A DNA stretch of 64,000 nt from Nemertoderma westbladi (lineage: Eukaryota; Animalia; Xenacoelomorpha), in assembly GCA_032718475.1 (NCBI GenBank), contig JAUCBJ010006272.1:46711-110710 (forward strand), written 5' to 3'. The stretch's first letter is position 1, and each line of letters opens with the position of its first letter. Below the pieces are notes generated by a model. That model was not told the DNA's origin. It made no database searches and saw nothing but the letters and a program-made list of their open reading frames with translations. Position numbers and translations under genes: made by a program. Below, one piece after another: positions 1 through 12,400 of this stretch.

Positions 1-2133
1 CTGAAATGGCATCCCATGTGAGCTAATGCTATAATTGTTTGTGCTCTATGCACTACTGTTCACGTTCAGTGTTCATAACGAACAGGAGATATTTACACTC
101 AATTACATGGGCCAGCAAACAGTTGGGCACACCAGGTAAAAGTAATGCACTAATGCAGCATATTGAACTAATATATGTAACATTATCAGGGGTTTCAGCA
201 GTTAGCATCTAATGAGCTTACAGTGTCGCTGCAATGGATTTGCTGTACTGGTAAAACCTAAACCGATTTACACCCCCCCCCCCCCCCCCCCCCCCCCCTC
301 GCCCTTTATCTCCAACTCTCTCTTACTCTAGTAGGCGATATGGATGCTATGACAGGGGCATGTACATTTATTCTCGGTCCTTCTGAATGGCTGCTACGTA
401 CCGGATTGCAGCTACTACTGGCTAGGCTCTGTACTCCTCCTCATATGCAGATGACCGGGATTCCGCTTACTGCCTCACAACACAATTTCCTCAGTACATC
501 GTCAGCGCGTCATCCAATTAAAAGCTTGATTTTTAAACAATAATATAACATTAGAACGGAGGTTGGCTTAGCTTCCTTTTCATAACATATAATAACAATT
601 GCATGAAAATACAATTTCTACTTCCTAGAAATACAATTTCGACTTAAAAGGTGCAGTATAATTCACTATTTTTGCTATACTCATATAATTAACTTTATTT
701 CCTGTATTCCAGTATTTGAATTAAATTTATTTTTTACAAAATTATATAGTCCATCTGTCCATGAATGTTATGCCTTTATGCCATAATGTACTATAATAAT
801 AGTAAATATTATACAGTAATGTTTGGGACAATTATTTTAAAAGTTTTTAATCTTTAAAAAATTAATTTTTGGTATTCTATCGTGTTAAATATTATAGAAT
901 GTTAGGCAATGTAATTATTTCGATTGGTCGTAAAAAATATTGAATTTGCTAGCTATACCAAAGTATTGACTTTCTATAAATTTCGACATTAATTGAGAAT
1001 ATATTTGGAACTCGTTACGGAACTATCGCTGGCCCGAATATTGTCTGAAAATATGCTACCAGTGTTCTTGAGTTATAGTGTATTGTTTTGGTTAGAAAAA
1101 GCCGCCACTGTAACCTGCTCCTTTCCCTTATTTCATCAATTGGAAAGGCAGGTTTACGCGAGAATACAAGGCAAAAAATTTACTACTCCATATCTCCCGC
1201 CATCCCAACATTGTAACACTTACATAGTTCGCTTTCAGCTACAGTATGTAACAGACGTTTCAGGATTGTCACAGTCTGACGTTTTCTCTCACCAGCCTGA
1301 TTCCACCAAACTAGGTCATGCACAAACTGATCAGTTCTTCTGTGGCAGTGGCCGTCAAGTCATATCCGTAGTGCCAGCGGGGTGATACTGGGTTATGTAG
1401 ATTGTACCATGACTCAATTGTATGTGCACGATTGATCAGACAGGATTCGAGTTTATTGTGTTGTCATATTATCAGGAGACCATAATTAGATCACTGTAGT
1501 AATTAATACATCATTTTTGTTTTAAATTGCGAATAAGAAAGCAAAATGTTATGGGGTGAGTGGGGGGCTCTGGTTTCGGGGGTCCGTTAATTAACCAATG
1601 GATAGTAAAACCAATAACAGTAATAATTTTAGCAAAGAGGATTATTGGATGTTCCTTCTTTATACCATTACTGGTTTTACTTACTGATATTGATCCTAGA
1701 GGAATAATCCTTAATATATCGGTCATTCTAACTGTTCCATCTGTCGCCTTTCTGCTTCTACTTTTACCGGTTCGTAACCATGGTGTTGCGGTATTGGGAC
1801 TCACATATTTACCACGCGTTTGTTGAGTGGTTTATACTTCGGTTGCCATCACCTCTCCTATGACCTCTCCTTATTTGGGACGGCAACCTACCGGCTAACT
1901 GTGCGAGCGGATTCTATTACACACCAGTCTGGGCGCCCATGTGGAGAATACCAGGATTTCACTTTTCGATCGACTTTTTATTGGAATTTCATGAAGATTT
2001 TTTATTTTTTTTAATTTATCTTTATTAAGTGTTTTATAGCGCTTATTTCTGTCTTATAACCTGTACATATACTAATTCGTTTATTGTTTTGGTTAGTTTC
2101 AGCCCTTCTGTAACCTGGTATTCTTCACATGGG

Positions 2134-2422
2134 GGTAACTGCAAAGTGAAATATAACGGAAGAAAGTCTGGTATTCTTTACATGAAAATCGACAAGCGGC
2201 CTTTAGGGAGGAGTTAATGTACATAAACGTATAATAAAATAAAAACTTCTGGGGTCTTTCCTCCGATTATATTATAATTATAGTTAATTCAGTAATTAAT
2301 GCATTTAAATCCAATATTTCATGCGCCTACGTCCTTCTTCAGGGAAGTAGGTCCTTAGGAATTCTAATTTTAATAATTATAATATAATCGGAGGAAAGAC
2401 CCTAGAAGTTTTTATCTTATTA
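2134..2422 (-). mobile_element. Small Penelope-like fold-back insertion with a degenerate minimal hammerhead motif
   Basis: 15-bp direct repeats TATTCTTCACATGGG at 2119-2133 and 2423-2437. Inverted arms of about 50 bp at ~2230-2281 and ~2374-2424. The minus strand reads CTGAAGA-AGGACGTAGGCGCAT-GAAATATTGG. Confidence 0.55.
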
Positions 2423-2687
2423 TATTCTTCACATGGGCTGATTATTTTGTTTCTTAAATGATTTCATCTGGGCAAAGACAATGAAAATATAAGAAATATT
2501 TGCCACCGACATTATAAAAATTTACAGAACTGAATTCATTAGTTAATTAATTTAATACTGTAATTACTAATCACATTTATTATTATTTTTATTCCATAAT
2601 ATTAATTTATATTTTTATTATACTAATAGTAAATAAATAAATTTTCATGGCGCTTATTAGTAAACCTCACAGCACAACAACTTCATA

Positions 2688-2898
2688 ATGCCAATAAAAC
2701 GGGGTAATGTCGCACCCCAGCACACCTTCATCGACCATATCCGACAGAAGTTCGAAGGACAGAACCGACATTTTGTTGTGGGTAACGCCGTAACTCATAA
2801 CTACAACATTATCTTCTGTAACGACGGATTCACTGAGCTGACGGGGTTCTCTAGAGCGGAAGTCGTTCAAAAGAGCTGTCGTCTCGACTTCTTAGTTG
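2688..2898 (+). CDS. KCNH2: ERG-type voltage-gated K+ channel, coding exon 1 (PAS-cap/PAS domain)
   Basis: MPIKRGNVAPQHTFIDHIRQKFEGQNRHFVVGNA...IIFCNDGFTELTGFSRAEVVQKSC matches the EAG/ERG N-terminus (MPVRRGHVAPQNTF...YCNDGFCELCGYSRAEVMQ). Donor G|GTATGT at 2898/2899, phase 1. The symbol denotes an invertebrate co-ortholog of KCNH2/6/7. Confidence 0.93.
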
Positions 2899-4291
2899 GT
2901 ATGTAAAACAATTATATAATAACATTTAATGGTTGAAGGTGGTGGGCGAATAGGGGACAATATTTGGTGGGGGGGACATATATATGTCTGGCGGGAGTAT
3001 CCCCCATAACAAAATTTCAAATATCTGGTTTGTATTTAAGGGGTTGGGGTAGCACCCCACCCCGTATTTTGGAAATAGTCAAAAAAAAATTTTTACCCTA
3101 TCATGTGGAGAATTTAATGGAGATTTCAAATCTGCAAGCAGTTTTCTCATATATTTTCCTAAACTCAAGTTAATAGCCAAAAGCGTAAGAGCTAGTCTGA
3201 TCTTTGACAAGCCTTCGAGCAGCACGATATTTTACAAGTGAATAGAATAAGGCCAAGGCCTTTTTCATCAAAAAGGCTCTCATGGACATATAAGAATAAA
3301 ATTGCTAATAAGTTGTTGTATTAGTAATATGTTTAGCAAGCATGAAAAATTTCGTTGAATTTCATTCATTTTAAACAAAGTTATTGTTGAACAAAGAAAA
3401 AAACCATTATTTAAAATAGCGGGAAGGTTTGAATTGTTCCTTAAACTTTAAACACCCATATCTCAGAATGACGTTTTATATTGACAAAGGTTATTTATCC
3501 GCTAATTTTAACTCAAATGAGTTGAAATGTGGTACACTTGTTCAGAATTCCCTTGTCCACAATACTTCTGAACAAATTTGGCTGGAAATGCCCTGGAGCC
3601 TTTTTACATCAAAAAGGCACAAAAAAGGCCCTTTTTAGACCCTTTTGATATAAAATGGTCCCAAACTATTTTCAGTTAAAAAGATTCAGAAGAATTGGAT
3701 GCAAGGTTCTTCTGAACTTATATTCATAATTTCGATAAATTATTGGTGAAGAAATAGCCTTTGGCGAAAAAAGGCACTTTTGGCCATTACAGAGCCATTT
3801 TGGGCCAATTTTAAAAATATTTGGTTTGGCTATTCTTAAAGAACCCAAACGATGTTTAGTAGCACAACAAATAATTTTCACCCAATTGTAGGGTCCAAAG
3901 ATAACAATATGTGAGGTTACATTTGGGGGTGCTAAGCCTCCGACTTAGTCTATACCAGAATTTAATGAGGATTTCAAATCTGTAAACGGCTTAGCGAAAC
4001 CTAGTTCTCCAGTTGTCGCTGTAACTCACCTCCGCAATTCGGAAAAAATTTATTTCAGCCAATTTCCCCTCAAATTGAATGACATTTAGCATTTTAACCG
4101 CTAATTGGGTTTCATTCAATGGCCACTAGGGGGCGAATGGCTTAATTAGAAACTTATCTGCTGATCGATGTAGATTCCTCAACCAATCTACTTTTTCTAA
4201 TGATAGTATTTGAAGATCGGGGCCAATCGGCACAGATCTTCAACTACTATAAATTCTGCAAAGATATATTTGATGGACTCTTCGTGCAGCA

Positions 4292-5417
4292 TGTTCGCGC
4301 TTTTAGACTTTTAGCAGTTTAACCTGCCAATTTTAGTTGTCCTCTTGTTTATAAATCGACTTTAGCCTATATCAATTATTTAGTGTACTGAAATTACATC
4401 AGCCGAAGCCAGTCTGTGCGCGACCATTCACCCACAGTTAAGGGAGACTGGATTCGGATGCTTTGATAGTAATTGCAGTGTAGACCTACTGTATTATTCG
4501 ATTGATCGTTAATATATAATCTCTGACAATATATTTACTTTCGGGGAAATATTAACAGTTCCTTTTTAGGACGTGGCGCTTTAAGTATAAAAACAGAGTT
4601 ATGACTTATACTAATCACAACTAGATGGCCAAAGAGTTTCGTAAAAAGCGCATTCTTTAGGAGATACTTTATTAACCTTCACACTACTTCACACGACTTC
4701 ACACTACTTCGCACTGATCTGCCGACCGTCACTGAATTTGATCATATATAAGGAGGATCGCAACTGACACATGTAGAGATTATGAAATAGCATTTAATTC
4801 ACACAAAAATCACTATAATTTAAGTCGCAGTTGCTACCGGTAAACCTGTTCCTCTCACCTTATTCAGTACATAATCATTAAGATTGGGGGTTTTATGATT
4901 ATTCATCGGTATTCTCCAAATATATCAGCATTATACATCAATATAACACCAATTAATAACAGAAGCAAAATAATGCGGTGAACAGTCAGTATGTGTTACT
5001 TATGCAGTGTTCCATGTGCAGTTATGTTCAATGTGAATTGCGTTAATAGTTTTACGTTCTTGTAATCAAAGCCATCAGATGTTTAGGCCAAAGTCTGAAA
5101 CTTCCACAACAGAAGTACAGAAGATTTCCAAGCCGGTTCTTAGGCTCAGAAAGGTAAACAAAGACCGTAATGCATTGTGCGGTTTTCCATAGGCCCCTGT
5201 TCAACATAAAGTGAAAATCGCTCTGATTGGCTGACTAGGCAGGACAAAGAAAAGTTCCACGTATACAGGAAATCAGCTGACAGATTTCGTCATCTGAGCT
5301 CCAGTCTTTTAGAGTATTATGCGCATTGCGGCAAAAATGACTTGTTATGTCCGCTAAAGCACCTACACTGTGCATTGCGGGGAAAAATGACTTGTTATGT
5401 CCGCAAAAGCTTTTACA
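4292..5417 (-). repeat. 3' LTR of the BEL/Pao element
   Basis: TGTTCGCGCT...CTTTTACA, near-identical to 19338-20483. Preceded on the minus strand by purine-rich GGGAGCGG (PPT-like, 5418-5425). Confidence 0.95.
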
Positions 5418-5495
5418 CCGCTCCCAGAAAATGCGATTTAATTCTATAAAATATAAAAAATCACAGTTTCTAAAATATAAAAATACTCTAAACAA

Positions 5496-5903
5496 TTAGT
5501 CCTTCTTACGTGAATGGCGTTTACGAAGTTTTTTGAGGCTAGCAAGAGTCCTTTTCTCTTTGGGGCGAGCCACTTTACTAGGAGGGCTATAACTCCTGGG
5601 TGAGGGGTGCAATACAATTGCATCGGAAGGTTTAGGGTTGCGGTCGGTGTATCCGCCGGTCGAGGTACCCGGTTGATCGATATCAACCTCAGTGGAACGA
5701 GGTCGAACAACCTTTAGAGCGCGTTTCAGGACAGCAGCTCTTACTGGTCCCTGACGGGTCATTTGTACGAGAGCGGTAGGTGGACCGTGAGTAGTGAGAA
5801 ATTTCCTCGGTTTGATGGTTCTTTCTAACTCGCGGTCTCGGGCTCTATATTCATAGGGTAGTCTATGAACTTCTTGTAGTTCAAGTTGCGAGTTTATGAA
5901 CAA
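5496..5903 (-). CDS. Basic C-terminal continuation of the extra ORF in the -1 frame
   Basis: Overlaps the end of the 601-aa ORF and is TTG-initiated in the track. Ends in a K/R-rich tail (KEKRTLASLKKLRKRHSRKKD) about 80 bp before the LTR. Confidence 0.5.
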   Translation of the reverse strand: MFINSQLELQEVHRLPYEYRARDRELERTIKPRKFLTTHGPPTALVQMTRQGPVRAAVLKRALKVVRPRSTEVDIDQPGTSTGGYTDRNPKPSDAIVLHPSPRSYSPPSKVARPKEKRTLASLKKLRKRHSRKKD

Positions 5904-7699
5904 GTCACCGCAGGATTTATCAATGGTAGAAACTTTAAACTGTATGTAGGATCTTCTGGTTTCACCATATAATATTGAGTTAAATTGACATAATAGGGAT
6001 GGTCTTTGATCCCATAAAATGAGTTTGGTAAAGGTCTAGCGCGTAGGTTGACCTCATGTACCATACGACGGACAATATCCGCTCGATTGTCCGGAGGTTC
6101 AACGAGTATACCATCGACACGAGCGGCCTCGATTGGCGGACGTTGTAACATAGGAGCGTCAGCAATAAGATCTCTAGATCTTAGGTTGATATCAACCGGT
6201 TGGGGTTGTACCGTGGTGAAGAGTTTGTCTCCGAAATGGGGGACCATCGAGGGATGAATGATGGTTTTGGAATAGAGATCAGTCATAAGGATTTGAGCTT
6301 CTGGTTGGGCTAAAGCTGCTTCCTCTCTTTCGTCCATTTCGATGTGCTTCTCCTCGAGCTGATTTTCCTCCGCTTGTCGTTGGAAGCGTTTATCCAAAAA
6401 CTCTTGTAGAGAGTAAGTTCGTCCAAGTTCAATGTCCTCCTCGAGATTCTGGATTTCTCGATCGAACTGAGGTAAAGCTAATTCCTTTACTGCTTGGACT
6501 TGCTGCTGCAATTTATATTTATCTAAACAATCGTAAGTTCCTTTTCCGATCTTTTGCCGAATAGCGTCTAACGCGTTTCGTACAACGCTCCCCTCCACCT
6601 CGGTGACGGGTTGTATCGGGGTTAAACCGGGACGATTATACGGGTTAAACGGCGATATTAAATGTCCGCATCCTAATCCGGCTAGGTAGGATGGGCGAAT
6701 ATCTAGAGAGCCCACTACCAGAGTGCCACCGATTAATTGTTCGGGTAACACTAGATCTTTGAACAGCGAGTACAGTTCGGGAGGATCCGTGATACTATTA
6801 GGATCAAGAGTCTGAGGTCTCACTAGGGAATGAGGAGGTCTGACCGAGTATTCTGGAACTCTGATCATTGGTTTATTTAGGGATCGTTTGAGTCGAGTGA
6901 GCGTAGGTGATACATCGAACAAATTTCGCTCAAAACTCCCGTAAGTATAGCGAGTAAAACTGTGTTTAGCACAATGTCTCCGCGGATGTTTATATCTTTC
7001 CGTTTGTTGGTTGGGTCTAGGGCATTCATCGCAATAATACCAAAGACGCACGTCTTGTAGGGGAAACGCAGGTGATCTTTCTCCAGTTTTACAAGATTCC
7101 TCCATCTGTTCGAAGCTATCTGGTACAACAGGTAGAGGTCGATCGGCGGTAAGATACATCATAGTGAAATAGAGTCGTTTGAGTTCTATCATAGGGTCAG
7201 GATGTATACCTTGAGGATATCGAGTTTCTAGGTTTTGTTGACTGGTTACATTGAGATATGTTTCTCTCAAGAATTCCAAATAGTCGTTGAAGTCACTACG
7301 TTTATCCGGTTCTTCAACGTCTTCTCTTTCGAGTTGGTTTCGAATAGAATTTTCGTGTTTGATTCTCAGTTTATCGTTCCGACTCCGCTGGGTATGATAT
7401 TTAAATAGGATCATTTCCCTTTCGGTGTCTACATCGTCCGTATCGTGTAAATTGATAGGATGACCAGTAGTTAAGAAGTCGATATACTTACCATTACGAT
7501 GCGTATAGCGAGCGGTGAATTTTCTATAGTCCAATTCATGCGTGAGTTGTTCCTTTGACATTGGCGGTTCGATATAACAGCCATCGTCCTCCGTAGTGGG
7601 TTGACTAGCGTTGCCGCTTATTAAACTATCAACAAACGCTTGCAAGGGTAGGGTATATCGCTCCCTGATACCAAGATCATCCTCTATCAACTCAGTCAT
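5894..7699 (-). CDS. Extra 3' ORF of the BEL/Pao element, unknown function (601 aa)
   Basis: Uninterrupted 1.8-kb ATG-initiated ORF between integrase and the 3' LTR, on the same strand as pol. Hydrophilic, with CDEC...H...HC and a Q/E-rich coiled-coil-like segment. Confidence 0.75.
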   Translation of the reverse strand: MTELIEDDLGIRERYTLPLQAFVDSLISGNASQPTTEDDGCYIEPPMSKEQLTHELDYRKFTARYTHRNGKYIDFLTTGHPINLHDTDDVDTEREMILFKYHTQRSRNDKLRIKHENSIRNQLEREDVEEPDKRSDFNDYLEFLRETYLNVTSQQNLETRYPQGIHPDPMIELKRLYFTMMYLTADRPLPVVPDSFEQMEESCKTGERSPAFPLQDVRLWYYCDECPRPNQQTERYKHPRRHCAKHSFTRYTYGSFERNLFDVSPTLTRLKRSLNKPMIRVPEYSVRPPHSLVRPQTLDPNSITDPPELYSLFKDLVLPEQLIGGTLVVGSLDIRPSYLAGLGCGHLISPFNPYNRPGLTPIQPVTEVEGSVVRNALDAIRQKIGKGTYDCLDKYKLQQQVQAVKELALPQFDREIQNLEEDIELGRTYSLQEFLDKRFQRQAEENQLEEKHIEMDEREEAALAQPEAQILMTDLYSKTIIHPSMVPHFGDKLFTTVQPQPVDINLRSRDLIADAPMLQRPPIEAARVDGILVEPPDNRADIVRRMVHEVNLRARPLPNSFYGIKDHPYYVNLTQYYMVKPEDPTYSLKFLPLINPAVTCS

Positions 7700-9414
7700 A
7701 GCTGCTATATGAGTTTATCGATATTATAATTAATCATAATTTAGGCTAGCGGTCGTCGCTGCCTCCCCCTCAATGCCCCCGGACAGCGCAAGCTCCTCAG
7801 CGCTAATGTAGTGTCGCCGCTGTGTCTCTCGCCAACATAGTAGCTACACAACGACAACAATAACCAGCGCGAGTCACTCCACTGTCCGTCCCAAGGGCTC
7901 AGAATTACTTCAGGTTCTTGCTACAGAGGCAGGGTAACTTTCACAACTGCGACTCGCTACTGTAAACACACTTTAGTAGTAACATTCACCTATAAATACA
8001 CAAATCTCCAAACACTTGTCACAAATTGTACACATTCGGGCCATTTGTCCGTTAGTCAAGTGCCTTCCAGAATGCCACGTTATTATTATGTATCCTTGGA
8101 TACTAGCAGTATGCTATTTATTCCGTATGCTATTCAATGGGGCAAGCTTTCTATTGTTCTTTTAACTCGCTTCTAATTCCAGCGTGGTTGTTGCTATGGT
8201 GACATTATGGAAAGCTAGCAGTAGAATTAGGGTAATTCTCATGCATACAGATCTGGGATGCTATTTAATTAATTGTCAATATTCCCCTTTATACATGATT
8301 TTATGAATTTTATCGGCTATTGACTATACATTGGAGATTCTCGCACACTAATATACTTAATAGGGTGAATCTCCGCTCCCATGATCTATTAATTAATGGA
8401 ATTTTGGGAATGTTATAAAATGTATAAAATGACAATTTATCAAATTCATGAGAGGATATGAATTTAAAATTTATTCCCGTAAATTTTATTATTTAATATT
8501 AAAATAGACACAATTTTATTCCAGAACATGTCTGGGGACTAGGATCCTTAATTCTAGGAAATTTGTCCTTTTAAGAGTATCGGTAAGTGCTACGATATCT
8601 TAATCGACTAGAATTTTAAAGGATCTGAATTTTAACAGATTTTTGATTTATAGATTTTCTTGGTTTACAAACTCCTTAGAGTTTATTTGTCGGCATTTAC
8701 TCTATTATAATATTTGTTTTAATAGATTTTATAAATATTTATTAAATATTAAATATTTAAGATGGGCACCGATTTATTCCAGAACATGTCTGGGGACGTT
8801 AACCACTGATTCTAGAATTTTGTCTTTCAAATATATCGGTGGGTGCCGCGATATCTTAATCGACTAGAATTGCAGATGGTCAAAGGGTTTAACAGATTTA
8901 TTCTGCGTTTTAGGCTACTGTTAAATGGACATCATTCTACTATATGTATTATTTAATATACGGTATGAGAGCAATATTGCAAGAAGCAATGTCAGTGAGA
9001 AGAGGCAAGTTGTTTCCAAGGCATACCCAGAGCTTGGTTTAGCCGAGACACGAGGATCTGAACTTTGCATTCCTAATACTCTACTTACCAATAATACTTG
9101 AGTATAGTAGGAGCTTTATTGTACTTTAATAAGTACGGACATTTCATCTTACTGTAGTCACGTATTTATAATTATGATACGGACAGTAAGGAAAGAGAAA
9201 AAGAATTATTTTTCGCCGTTGCACTAAATATGTAATTAAGTAATAAACACGAATATATATTGCACTAATCTACTGAATAATTGCTAAAATAATATTCTAC
9301 TAAATAAAATTAAAGAAAACGATTATAATAAAATTACATAATAATACATACATAAATATAAAAATAATAAAACAGATATAAAATAATGTAGTCACACACC
9401 CGCTCCATACGCTG

Positions 9415-12400
9415 TTACGCTGGGGAGTCCCTAGATGTTTGTTGGATTAGGGAAGTGGTCGTAGGAAGAGTATCTTGCCTTCCATAATTTCCGGATAGCT
9501 CTCTGTCTCTTTCCAGTAAACATAAACGACCAATTGGGCAATTGAGTTGTTGTGTTTCGAATACAATTCCAGGTTTCTTAAAGTTACGTCGCATGACGAC
9601 GAGTTCTACCGATCGCACTAAACTATCATCGGATATATGAGTCTCGATGATACGACCTGTCTGCCACCGCTTACATGGAAGATCTGATTCCACAATAAGG
9701 ACCATGTCTCCGGCGCTGACGTTTTCTTGCTGCGCAAACCACTTGGTTTGAAGTTGTAGCGTAGGCAAATTAATGTTTTTCGAAATGGTCAGCGAAACGA
9801 CGGGATAATAACTGCATGAGTTGCCAAGTTTGTCGGCAGTATTCGTCTCCGTCCGTGATTTCCGATTGTGGGAGCATGGCTACAGGTTTCTTCAGTAGGA
9901 AATGCGCGGGTGTTAGTTCTTCTAGGGTGTCGGGACTCGATGAGACTGGCATAAGCGGTCTCTCGTTAAGATAGGCGGCGATTTCTTCCATTAACGTCCA
10001 CAAAAGTTCATCGGTGAGATACGCGCGGCAAGGCACTATAAAGTGGAATGCAGTCTTCACGCTCCTTATTAATCTCTCCCAACTTCCTCCCCACCAAGGG
10101 GCGTCGGTGGCGTTGAAGGTCCAGCTAGATGCTGTTACCCTTAGCTGATCGTCCACCTGTCTTTGGTTCCAATCTTTAACGTAATCTTTGATCTCATTAT
10201 TGGCGCCAATGAAGTTCGTTCCCTTATCAGATCTCATCATGTTGCTAGTTCCAAAGCGAGCGATCTGTCGGCGTAAGCTCAGTATGAAACTGTTGGTAGA
10301 TAGATCGTTCACCATATCTAGATGGATCGCTCTACAAGTCATACAGACAAAGATGACACACCATCGCTTGACTATAGTCCTAGCACGATATACTTCAATA
10401 GGGCCAAATAAATCCACACCGGTATTAGTAAAGGGTGGTTCATAGAAGCTTACTCGTTCCCTAGGTAATTCTGCCTCTCGCTGTGTTAAAGGCCTACTGA
10501 ATGCTTTCCTACAGGGTATACAGTTCCTAAGAACTTGGTTCAGACCTCTACGGGGTTTATGGAAATAATAGCGAGTTCGAATTTCGCTAAGAACTCGTTC
10601 TCTACCAGCATGGTAAAGCCTACTGTGAACATCTACAATCATCTTGATTTGTATTTCAAGATTTCTAATGAGTATGGGAAACTTAGTGTCAAAGGATAAT
10701 GGAGCATTAGTTAGTCTCCCTCCAACACGTATTAACCCATCTATCATTGTGCTAGAGAAACGATCCCTTAAGCACATCTGTGGATTTCTCAACAACAGGA
10801 AATACTTATCGGAATCTTCATAGCATTGCAGGAGTCTCAGTATCTGCTTATTGGTTGCTTCATGCTCTTGGTAACTGATCTTCTCCGTTTAGAAACCTAT
10901 CCGACACTTTGTATGTGGGAAGATCTTTAATAGCATGGACCTGCTCGGATGTCGGTGGAGCGGTATCCTAGCGATCTTCGTCCTGGAGTAGTGATGATGG
11001 AAGCATTGCTTCAAATACACGACGGCCTTACAAAGCCGATTCCAGGAGCTATAGTGATTTATTGCTCTCTGCAGGAGAGGTGAGAGTCCTTGCGAGACGT
11101 CTGGTGTTCCAGATTTCCAGTCTCTTTCTCTGATGTCTATAACAGATCTGTTCGCGGTGGGGGAGTTTAGATCCACAGCGTTGTCCCTGGAGATGTGTAG
11201 TACAGACAGATCTATCACGGGTTTAAATAACTTTGATTTACTCATCCGGGTTTTAGGTTTGACTTTCTCCGCTCCCTTGGCTTGTCTAATCTCAGCCGTG
11301 GTAAGATGAGGAGGCCATTCATCCTCTTCTTTACTTAGGAAGTCGGGTCCACCTAACCAGTCTGGAGTATCTATCAGTTCTTGAGGAGTTGCTCCTCTGG
11401 AGGCGATGTCGGCTGGATTAATCGTCCCAGGGCAATGTCTCCATTGATCTACATTAGAGCGACTAAGTGTGATGGCTACTCTGTTGGTAACGAAGACGCT
11501 GAACTGACAGACTTCATTGGTTATATACATAATAGTTATAAACGAGTAAAGCATCAGTCCAATAGACAGTTTTCTCCAGTGGATAGTCGATCTGTTCTGT
11601 TACATTCCGGCCGATGGCTGTAGCGTATAGAACCGCCTTTAACTCCGCTCGAGGAACTCGTAGTTTGTTGTTTATCAAGGCCTTAGAGGTGACCAAGGCA
11701 ACTTTGATTCCATCCGTAGTTTCAACCCTCAGGTAGGCTACTATACCTATTCCCATATCGCTGGCGTCTCCAAACACATGGAGTTGATAAGAATACGTGG
11801 GGAGAACATGACCAAAATATGAACGGGAAATCGTAAAGTTCTCGATGGATGGTAGAGAATCTTCCCATTTCATCCACTTCTTTAGTAGTTCTCCCTTAAG
11901 TGGATCATCCCATGAGTGGTTTTAAAGCCACATTTGTTGCACTAAGCTCCGAGCAACCAATATAACTGGACTAACAAATCCCAATGGATCGAAATAAGTG
12001 CTCAGGATACTTAGACAAATCCGTTTAGTTCTAACTGGATTATCTCGCTGTTTTAACTGGAAAAACAAGATATCTCTCTCCGTGTCCCATTTCAAACCAA
12101 GCGTCTTGGTTTCCGGAAGATCGTCCTTAATGAGGTCCAGATCTTTAACACCTCGGTCTTCTACTGGGATCGATTCGAGAAACTCACGGGAGTTACTAGT
12201 GAATTTGGTTAGTCGAAATCCACCGCGTTTCAAGCACTCTACTGTTCCCTTGGCAACATCAATGGCTTCTTCCACCGATGGGAGGGACTTTAAATTGTCG
12301 TCCATGTATATATCCCGTTTGATGTTGTCGGTAACCGCTTTAGAGAAGGCGTCTCGGTTGTCATCAGCAGTGGTACGCACTACTGAACAAGCGTTCGAGA

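Noticed and set aside
273-298. Poly-C/G tracts here and at ~21680, ~30400 and ~63470
   Set aside because: Simple homopolymers common in such genomes, with unreliable lengths.
340-2217. Short ORFs upstream of the ERG gene
   Set aside because: No recognisable motifs, mostly non-ATG starts and no consistent splice structure.
5894-7699. Calling the extra ORF env
   Set aside because: No visible signal peptide, furin site plus fusion peptide, or transmembrane anchor. Position alone is insufficient.
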